The notes below the pieces were generated by a model. The model saw nothing but the letters and a program-made list of their open reading frames with translations, had not been told where the DNA came from and did not search any database. The translations under genes and the position numbers were made by a program. A stretch of DNA of 11,213 bases from assembly GCA_040880145.1 (NCBI GenBank), contig JBBDIZ010000034.1, positions 1 to 11,213 on the forward strand. The letters are read 5' to 3'. Below are positions 1 to 6,047 of the stretch, in pieces. The number at the start of each line of letters is the position of its first letter. Within the stretch, counting starts at the first letter, position 1. The stretch is from Simkaniaceae bacterium. Its GTDB lineage: Bacteria; Chlamydiota; Chlamydiia; Chlamydiales; JAJFMI01.

Positions 1-30
1 GGGCAAGGGCAGGGGCAAGGGCAGGGGCAA
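1..30 (+). repeat. Tandem hexamer repeat (GGGCAA/GGGCAG alternating), truncated by the window edge
   Basis: Read directly as GGGCAA GGGCAG GGGCAA GGGCAG GGGCAA. G-runs lie at 1-3, 7-9, 12-15, 19-21 and 24-27. Confidence 0.95.
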
Positions 31-36
31 GGAATT

Positions 37-55
37 GGGGTTATGCAAGATGTCT
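37..55. mobile_element. Possible terminal inverted repeat of a MITE-like palindromic element
   Basis: GGGGTTATGCAAGATGTCT follows the hexamer tract. From memory it resembles the TTATGCAAGAGGTCT-type ends of Rickettsia palindromic elements. The partner end would lie outside the window. Confidence 0.4.
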
Positions 56-66
56 GTTATTCGAAG

Positions 67-1668
67 CTAAAGAGTGATATCTTTTATAGGCTCGCCGGAG
101 GGGGCGTATAAAATCGCTTTCCAGTCACTGATTCGATGTTCTTTTGAGCTAAAGTTAAGTCCGGCTAGGACGATTTGTTTTTCCTGATCACAATAACGCT
201 CCTTATATCTCTTAACTTCGGATTGAGTTAAGGCAATATCAGCTGTTTTATCAAGCTTAAGCTCAAAAATATAGATAAACTTTGAAGTTTCCGTCATAAG
301 GTCTATCCTTCCCGCACTCGTTGCTATTTCAGCACTAGTCCTAAGACCGCATGACTCGATATAAGTGTAAAGGACGGCTTGGTAAAAACCTTCTTTTGCA
401 TGTTGATAAACATGGTAGGGTATCTTGGCAAAGTGGTTATTCATCAAATCAACAAATGTTTTAAGATTAAGCTCATTGAGACAGGTCTTGATGCCTATAA
501 CAGATCGGCTAACCATTAAGGGGTCGCTTTCGGCAAAATCTTGTACTAGTGAGTTTAGAAAAGCTTTCTCAACTTCCTTATTGGGAAAGTCTAGCTTGTA
601 TGAGCCTTCTTTTTCATTGTAGCCAACGATAGTCAGGTATCCTGTTTGAAACATTAAAGCTGCAAGATTGATTCTAGTAATTCGACTTATGTCAGACAGG
701 GTACTTTCTATAGTTTCCGCTCCACGAATAGAAAAAATTGATTTTGGGTATCTCTTTAGTTGATCAATTAAGAATGATGGTGTACCTGTTCTGTACCAAT
801 GACTTTTAGCTTTTCCGCTATCAAAATACAAAAGGGTCGAATAAGGGTTGTAAACCCTTATTTCGGCTTCAGTGAATCGATAGCCATTGTACCAAATACG
901 TACTTCCTCATAAATATCCTCTTCTGTAGCAGAGCCTCCTCTCTCTTTAATCACTTGTTGTACATGCTCTTGAAAATTTTCTTTTAGCTCCTCATCTGTG
1001 TATCCCATCATCCCAGCATATTTTGGATCCATGGTGATATCTGTCAGATTATTTGGGCCTGAAAATAGGGATACTTGAGAAAATTTGCTGACCCCCGTAA
1101 TAAACGTAAATTTAACATATTCATCGAGGCTTTTGAATGTCCCAAATAGATCTCGAAGACTATCACGATTATTTTCTGCAATTTTTGATGCTTTCAGGTT
1201 GTTGATGATTGGCTTATCGTATTCGTCTACTAAGATTACAACCCTATTTTTTTCAGAAATCTTTTCTATAAGAACCTTAAGCATGAATTGAACACTCGAT
1301 TCATCGATCATCACCCCAAAGCTCTTTCCCATTCTTTTGATTTCTGATTTTAAATTAGAGATGAGCGCTTCATTAGAGCTGCTATCAATCTGGGAAAAAT
1401 CAAATCTCAATATAGGGTATTCTTGCCAATCATAATTGCTCTTGTCGATTTCCAAGCCCTTAAACAGAACACGATTGCCCTTAAAGACTTCTTCTAGAGT
1501 GTTGATAAAGAGTGACTTTCCAAATCTTCTTGGTCGAGAGAGAAAAAAATGAGGAGATCCCTCATCGATTAATCTTTTAATGAAACCCGTTTTGTCAACA
1601 TAGGCATATTCACTCTTTTTGAGAATCTTCGAAATGCTCTGTATTCCAATAGGTAGCTTTTTTATCAT
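67..1668 (-). CDS. AAA-ATPase-like domain fused to a C-terminal PD-(D/E)XK nuclease (AAA-ATPase_like + PDDEXK_9 architecture)
   Basis: 533-aa ORF with family-typical N-terminus (KLPIGIQS...YVDKT), Walker A RPRRFGKS, Walker B VILVDEYD, WYNGY and YNP motifs, QTGYLTI...FPNKEV, and C-terminal EGFYQ...GRIDL...IFELK nuclease motif. Confidence 0.92.
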   Translation of the reverse strand: MIKKLPIGIQSISKILKKSEYAYVDKTGFIKRLIDEGSPHFFLSRPRRFGKSLFINTLEEVFKGNRVLFKGLEIDKSNYDWQEYPILRFDFSQIDSSSNEALISNLKSEIKRMGKSFGVMIDESSVQFMLKVLIEKISEKNRVVILVDEYDKPIINNLKASKIAENNRDSLRDLFGTFKSLDEYVKFTFITGVSKFSQVSLFSGPNNLTDITMDPKYAGMMGYTDEELKENFQEHVQQVIKERGGSATEEDIYEEVRIWYNGYRFTEAEIRVYNPYSTLLYFDSGKAKSHWYRTGTPSFLIDQLKRYPKSIFSIRGAETIESTLSDISRITRINLAALMFQTGYLTIVGYNEKEGSYKLDFPNKEVEKAFLNSLVQDFAESDPLMVSRSVIGIKTCLNELNLKTFVDLMNNHFAKIPYHVYQHAKEGFYQAVLYTYIESCGLRTSAEIATSAGRIDLMTETSKFIYIFELKLDKTADIALTQSEVKRYKERYCDQEKQIVLAGLNFSSKEHRISDWKAILYAPSGEPIKDITL

Positions 1669-1695
1669 TAATTATTTCTTAAAAAATTAAACACC

Positions 1696-1724
1696 ATGAT
1701 ATCATAACACCAGATTTATTTAAA
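1696..1724 (-). promoter_or_regulatory. Candidate sigma70/sigma66 promoter for the AAA-nuclease gene
   Basis: Minus strand TTTAAA-N17-TATCAT with TGn extension. The -10 sits inside the perfect palindrome ATGATATCAT (1696-1705). The AT-rich context makes a chance match plausible. Confidence 0.3.
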
Positions 1725-1727
1725 ATT

Positions 1728-1755
1728 ATCTTCGATAATTAAGGTTATGCGAAAA
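1728..1755 (-). other. Candidate dif/xrs-like XerCD recombination site
   Basis: Minus strand TTTTCGCATAA-CCTTAA-TTATCGAAGAT has 11-6-11 geometry with an ATAA-N6-TTAT core. The XerC-like arm is good; the XerD-like arm matches TTATGTTAAAT at only 7/11. Confidence 0.3.
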
Positions 1756-1759
1756 CGGG

Positions 1760-1797
1760 TTATACCAAAACCGATTCTTGAATTTGTTTCGGTATAA
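1760..1797. repeat. Imperfect 38-bp palindrome (REP-like element or operator)
   Basis: Arms TTATACCAAAACCGATTC (1760-1777) and GAATTTGTTTCGGTATAA (1780-1797) are complementary at 15/18 positions around a 2-nt centre. Confidence 0.75.
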
Positions 1798-1806
1798 ATA
1801 TATATT
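1778..1806 (+). promoter_or_regulatory. Candidate sigma70/sigma66 promoter for rsgA
   Basis: TTGAAT (1778-1783)-N17-TATATT (1801-1806), ending 10 nt before the ATG at 1817. Confidence 0.4.
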
Positions 1807-1816
1807 TTGAAGGTTT

Positions 1817-2875
1817 ATGGGTAAGGATAACTATCTAGAATTTGAAGAAGAGTATCATGGAAAGTGCTCCTCCAAGGAAGAGCGTTTGGAAAAAAAACGT
1901 ATCCGCAAGAGGGACCGTTCAAAATATAAAAAAAGTAATCAAAAAAAAGAGGCGGCAGCGCTCGATCCCGACTTGAAAATAGGGCGCGTCTTATCCACTC
2001 GCGGCCAGATCATTGAAGTCTATTCAGACCATACTCTATATGAATGCGCTTTAAAAGGTTCTCTAAAGCAAGAGAAAGGACTGGAAAAAAATTTAGTTGT
2101 CATAGGCGATTTTGTACGCTTTTATCCCAAGATCGATGAAATCTCTTTAATTGTTCATGTCGATGAAAGGCTTTCGGTTTTATCGAGACGCTCTTCTTTT
2201 AAAGGTCATCAAGAACAGATGCTCGCGGCAAATATCGATCAACTTTTTATCGTTGTCTCCTATAGGGCTCCCTCACTAAAACCCTCTCTGATCGATCGCT
2301 ATATCATTGCTGCAAGAAGGGGACGCATCAACCCGATCGTGGTCATCAATAAATGTGATTTAATGGAAGAAAGCTCTGAAATCGAGCACCTTGAAGCCAC
2401 CTACCAAAAGTTAAAAATTCCCTTTGTTAAAACAAGTGCTTTAACCGGTAGGGGGCTCGATACCATTAAAGAGCTTATGGCTCTAAAAGCTTCTGTTTTT
2501 TCCGGCCAGTCAGGCACTGGAAAAACGTCGATTATCAATAAATTAACCGGGCTCGATCTCTCAGTTAGAGAGGTCGTTGCAAAAACGCAAAAAGGGGCTC
2601 ACACAACAACCGCTGCGACGTTGATTCCTTTGGAGAATGAGGCCTTTTTAATCGATACTCCTGGAATCAAAAGCTTCGGGATGTGGGATTTGGATAAAAG
2701 TGAGGTGCAGAATTATTTCTCCGAAATTAAGGAGGTTAGTTTTGCTTGCAAGTTTCCTAATTGCTCCCATTCACATGAACCGGGCTGCGCTGTAAAGGAA
2801 GCTGTCGATGAAGGTTCCATATCAAAACTTCGCTTCCAGTCCTATTTATCTTTAATTTCGAGTGAAGATGCTTGA
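1817..2875 (+). CDS. rsgA: Ribosome small subunit-dependent GTPase A
   Basis: OB-fold region (VVIGDFV), circularly permuted GTPase motifs G4 NKCD, G1 [10 protein letters not shown]2 GAHTTT and G3 DTPG, and C-terminal Zn finger [14 protein letters not shown]. Confidence 0.97.
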   Translation: MGKDNYLEFEEEYHGKCSSKEERLEKKRIRKRDRSKYKKSNQKKEAAALDPDLKIGRVLSTRGQIIEVYSDHTLYECALKGSLKQEKGLEKNLVVIGDFVRFYPKIDEISLIVHVDERLSVLSRRSSFKGHQEQMLAANIDQLFIVVSYRAPSLKPSLIDRYIIAARRGRINPIVVINKCDLMEESSEIEHLEATYQKLKIPFVKTSALTGRGLDTIKELMALKASVFSGQSGTGKTSIINKLTGLDLSVREVVAKTQKGAHTTTAATLIPLENEAFLIDTPGIKSFGMWDLDKSEVQNYFSEIKEVSFACKFPNCSHSHEPGCAVKEAVDEGSISKLRFQSYLSLISSEDA

Positions 2876-2900
2876 TCTTCTCTTTTGCCACTGATAAGAT
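2872..2900 (+). promoter_or_regulatory. Candidate internal promoter for eno, overlapping the rsgA stop codon
   Basis: TTGATC (2872-2877)-N17-TAAGAT (2895-2900) with extended -10 TG at 2892-2893, ending 28 nt upstream of the ATG at 2929. Confidence 0.55.
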
Positions 2901-2928
2901 CCAATTTAATTCAAATTTGGTCGCCATT

Positions 2929-4206
2929 ATGTCTAAAATTGTCAAAGTTTATGGGCGGGAAATTCTCGATTCAAGAGGAAACCCAACGATTTATGCAGCG
3001 GTTCAAACTGAGTCGGGGTTTCTCGGCGTGGCAATGATTCCCTCCGGCGCCTCAACAGGCGAGCATGAGGCCATTGAGCTTAGGGATAAGGATAAAAAAC
3101 GTTACCATGGCAAAGGGGTCAAAAATGCGGTTGCGAATATCAACGGGCCTTTAGCCAAGTTGTTGATCGGTCAGTCCGTTTTTGATCAGAATCGTTTGGA
3201 TTATCTGATGATTGAAGCGGATAAAACTCAAAATAAAGCGAATTTTGGCGCAAATGCCATTTTAGGTCTTTCCCTTGCCCTAGCAAGGGCTGCCGCAAAT
3301 GAGCTGAACCGTCCTCTTTACCACTACATTGGCGGATGCTACACTCCCACTCTTCCAAAACCCATGATGAACATCATCAACGGGGGCGAGCATGCGGATA
3401 ATTCGCTCGATTTTCAAGAATTTATGATTTGTCCTTCAAGCGCTCCCTCTTTTGAAGAGGCTCTTCGGTATGGTGCGGAAATTTTTCACACTTTAAAGCA
3501 GATATTAAAAGAAAAGGGCCACATTGTAGCCGTTGGCGATGAGGGAGGATTTGCTCCTAACTTAAAATCCAATGAAGAAGCTCTGGATGTGATTTTACAA
3601 GCAATTGAAAAAGCGGGATTTAAGCCTGGTAAAGATATCAAGATCGCTTTGGATGCGGCTGCCTCCGGGCTTTATGACAAAAAGAGCAAAACCTATATCG
3701 AAAAAAAGAAAAGAGCAAAGGGAGAAACCTTTAAAGAGCGCAGCTCGCAAGAGATGATCGCTTACTATGACTCTCTTATTCAAAATTATCCTATCTATTC
3801 GGTTGAAGATGGCTTAGATGAGAATGATTGGGAGGGCTGGGTTGAAATGACCTCAAAGCTCGGAAATCGGGTTCAAATTGTTGGAGATGATCTCTTTGTA
3901 ACCAATACAAAGTTTCTCAATAAAGGCATTGAGATGAAAGCTGCTAATTCCATCCTGATCAAGCTGAATCAGATCGGTACGCTGACGGAGACTTTAGAAA
4001 CAATCGCCTGTGCAAAAGCTCATGGGTTTAAGTCTGTGATTTCTCATCGATCCGGCGAAACAGAGGATGCTTTTATCGCCGATTTGAGTGTGGCAACAGG
4101 TGTCGGCCAAATCAAAACAGGCTCACTCTCTCGATCTGACCGTATTGCCAAGTACAATCGTTTATTAATAATAGAAGATGAATTGGGCTCTATTTCAAAA
4201 TATTAA
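2929..4206 (+). CDS. eno: Enolase (phosphopyruvate hydratase)
   Basis: [56 protein letters not shown] and QIKTG all present. Start moved to ATG 2929 (MSKIVKV), which matches normal enolase N-termini; 425 aa. Confidence 0.98.
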   Translation: MSKIVKVYGREILDSRGNPTIYAAVQTESGFLGVAMIPSGASTGEHEAIELRDKDKKRYHGKGVKNAVANINGPLAKLLIGQSVFDQNRLDYLMIEADKTQNKANFGANAILGLSLALARAAANELNRPLYHYIGGCYTPTLPKPMMNIINGGEHADNSLDFQEFMICPSSAPSFEEALRYGAEIFHTLKQILKEKGHIVAVGDEGGFAPNLKSNEEALDVILQAIEKAGFKPGKDIKIALDAAASGLYDKKSKTYIEKKKRAKGETFKERSSQEMIAYYDSLIQNYPIYSVEDGLDENDWEGWVEMTSKLGNRVQIVGDDLFVTNTKFLNKGIEMKAANSILIKLNQIGTLTETLETIACAKAHGFKSVISHRSGETEDAFIADLSVATGVGQIKTGSLSRSDRIAKYNRLLIIEDELGSISKY

Positions 4207-4242
4207 TATAATTAATTGAAATAAATTAATTACATTAATATT
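4199..4242. repeat. 44-bp AT-rich near-perfect inverted repeat across the eno stop and downstream intergenic gap
   Basis: AATATTAATATAATTAATT (4199-4217), loop GAAATA, AATTAATTACATTAATATT (4224-4242); 18/19 positions complementary. Confidence 0.85.
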
Positions 4243-4251
4243 AAAAGAGAT

Positions 4252-4641
4252 ATGCAACCTTATACTATGGCACTCTTTGGCGCTGCAGAGCGTGGAGAGT
4301 TTCACTCCCTACTTGCGATTCATTCTCTAGCAGAACTTGAAGAAAAGTTAGGTCAGCCTCCTGCCGGCTCAAGAGGCATTGATTTTGCGATTCAAGCCCT
4401 CATGTACAACCGAAGAGTTTTTTTCTTTCGAGTTGAGGACGAAGGCTTTAGCAAAAACGATTATTATGAGGGATTTAAACTATTATTTGCCCTGAAAGAA
4501 CACTTAGGCAACATGTCAGCGCTTTGCCTGCCGGGTGTCGGGGACCCTAATATCATAGAGGCCACTGATCCCATCCTCTCGCTTTATCGAGGGTCTCTAA
4601 TTACAACCGAACAGGACCTCTACGACTATTTAACTAACTAA
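4252..4641 (+). CDS. Conserved chlamydial hypothetical protein (CT602-like) with resemblance to a contractile tail-sheath domain
   Basis: 129-aa ATG-start ORF filling the gap between eno and ahpC. Motifs ALFGxAExG, FFRVxxEG, LPGVG and DLYDYLT, plus a position convergent on ahpC, recall Chlamydia CT602 (from memory). The CDS is well supported; the function is not. Confidence 0.85.
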   Translation: MQPYTMALFGAAERGEFHSLLAIHSLAELEEKLGQPPAGSRGIDFAIQALMYNRRVFFFRVEDEGFSKNDYYEGFKLLFALKEHLGNMSALCLPGVGDPNIIEATDPILSLYRGSLITTEQDLYDYLTN

Positions 4642-5218
4642 AATAGCTAGCGAGACCCTCTTGCGTGGGAGTCATGGCTTTAGATCCAGCTTGCCAATTG
4701 GCCGGACAAACTTCACCATGTTCTTCATGAAAGATCAAAGCGTCGAGCAAGCGAAGTACTTCATTGGTGGAGCGGCCAAGAGGAAGATCATTGATCAGCT
4801 GATGGCGAATGATTCCCTCTTTGTCGATTAAAAAGAGTCCGCGAAAGGCTACGCCTTCCTCCTCATTCAACACTTGATAAGCTCTTGAAATCTCTTTGTT
4901 AAGGTCTGAGACCAAAGGATAAGTCACTCCTTCAATACCCCCTTTGGCTTTTGGAGTTTGGATCCAAGCAAGGTGGGAAAAATGAGAGTCAACCGAACAC
5001 CCCACTACTTCCGCATTACGAGATCTAAATGCCTTTAGTTTCTCTTCAAAGGCGTGTAATTCTGTTGGGCAGACAAAGGTAAAGTCGAGAGGATAAAAAA
5101 ATAAAATGACATAGCGCCCCTGCAGATCAGCAAGCGAAAAATTATCAACGATATGACCATTAACGACAGCGTTAGCTGTAAAATCAGGCGCTTTGTTTCC
5201 AATTAATCTTTTCAACAT
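4634..5218 (-). CDS. ahpC: Typical 2-Cys peroxiredoxin (AhpC/Prx1 family)
   Basis: FFYPLDFTFVCPTE (peroxidatic Cys), GRS and EVCPANW (resolving Cys). SD AGGAG at 5230-5226. Confidence 0.96.
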   Translation of the reverse strand: MLKRLIGNKAPDFTANAVVNGHIVDNFSLADLQGRYVILFFYPLDFTFVCPTELHAFEEKLKAFRSRNAEVVGCSVDSHFSHLAWIQTPKAKGGIEGVTYPLVSDLNKEISRAYQVLNEEEGVAFRGLFLIDKEGIIRHQLINDLPLGRSTNEVLRLLDALIFHEEHGEVCPANWQAGSKAMTPTQEGLASYFS

Positions 5219-5254
5219 CTTTTTACTCCTTTCTTTATAGTCGATTAAATCTTA

Positions 5255-5887
5255 TTAGCCAAAGATCTCTTCAGCATTTGAGAGCCAATTTTCAGCCTTG
5301 ATCGTGGTTGAAGGGCCGTGCCCCGGATAAACCTTGGTGTCGGAGGGAAGCTTAGCGAGTTTTTTAAGCGACTCCCACATTTTCTCAGGTTGAGAGGAGG
5401 GAAAGCAGACTTTTCCAATAGACCCTTTAAACAGAGTGTCCCCTGAAATTAAAATCTTCTCTTTTTCAAAATAAAAGACGACTCCTCCAGGTGAATGGCC
5501 TGGAGTATGAATGACGCGAAAGGCCTGTGTACCAAAACAGATCAGCTCTCCCTCCTGCAGGTCATGGTCTGAGATGACCGCATCAATGGGGAAGAATAAA
5601 GGCAGACCATCAGAACCCGGTTTTTCAAGTTGTTCTCGGTCTTCAGGATGGACAGATACAGGGATTTGAAAGCGCGTTTTAAGAATTTTGACATCTGCAA
5701 CATGATCCCAGTGAGAATGTGTTAAAAATATTCCAACCGGTTTGGCTTGGAGCTCTTGAATCACCTTTGTTAGAGGAAGCGAAGAAGAGGGGGAAGGATC
5801 GATTAGAATAGCCTCTTTCGTCTCTTCACACATAATGAAGTAGGCATTCGTATTAAGAGGACCTGATGGAAAAACTTTTAAAATCAT
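5255..5887 (-). CDS. Metallo-beta-lactamase-fold hydrolase, glyoxalase II-like (GloC/YcbL type)
   Basis: IDP, THSHWDH (HxHxDH), HTPGHSPG, SGDTLF and PGHG motifs; 210 aa. Confidence 0.92.
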   Translation of the reverse strand: MILKVFPSGPLNTNAYFIMCEETKEAILIDPSPSSSLPLTKVIQELQAKPVGIFLTHSHWDHVADVKILKTRFQIPVSVHPEDREQLEKPGSDGLPLFFPIDAVISDHDLQEGELICFGTQAFRVIHTPGHSPGGVVFYFEKEKILISGDTLFKGSIGKVCFPSSQPEKMWESLKKLAKLPSDTKVYPGHGPSTTIKAENWLSNAEEIFG

Positions 5888-5902
5888 TTTTTATTCAAGT
5901 TT

Positions 5903-5976
5903 TGCACCGGAGAGGAATTGAACCTCTAACCTCCTGGTTCGTAGCCAGGTACTCTATCCAATTGAGCTACCGGTGC
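5903..5976 (-). tRNA. tRNA-Arg (anticodon ACG), CCA not encoded
   Basis: Minus strand GCACCGG TAGCTCAATTGGATAGAGT A CCTGG CTACGAA CCAGG AGGTT AGAGG TTCAATT CCTCT CCGGTGC A. Acceptor, anticodon and T stems pair perfectly; the discriminator is followed by AAC, not CCA. Confidence 0.98.
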
Positions 5977-5990
5977 AAATAAGTCAACTT

Positions 5991-6019
5991 ATGATGACGG
6001 ATCTTCCCTTTTTGATCAA
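5991..6019 (-). promoter_or_regulatory. Candidate promoter for tRNA-Arg and downstream genes
   Basis: Minus strand TTGATC (6019-6014)-N17-CATCAT (5996-5991), ending 14 nt before the tRNA 5' end. Confidence 0.45.
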
Positions 6020-6047
6020 GTTTTAGTAATGTAAAGAAAAAAGTTTA

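Noticed and set aside
1817..1960. Highly basic N-terminus of RsgA as a novel domain or NLS-bearing effector feature
   Set aside because: Basic N-terminal extensions are a known feature of longer RsgA proteins.
2872..2928. 19-aa N-terminal extension of enolase from TTG 2872 in the ORF track
   Set aside because: Enolase similarity begins at ATG 2929, and the extension coincides with a good promoter candidate.
5255..5887. MBL hydrolase as RNase Z or a true beta-lactamase
   Set aside because: Length (210 aa) and the HTPGHSPG/SGDTLF/PGHG motifs fit the glyoxalase II-like group; there is no exosite arm or signal peptide.
5903..5976. tRNA-Arg as the attachment site of an integrated element
   Set aside because: No duplicated tRNA 3' end or integrase was seen, and the flanking genes are housekeeping.
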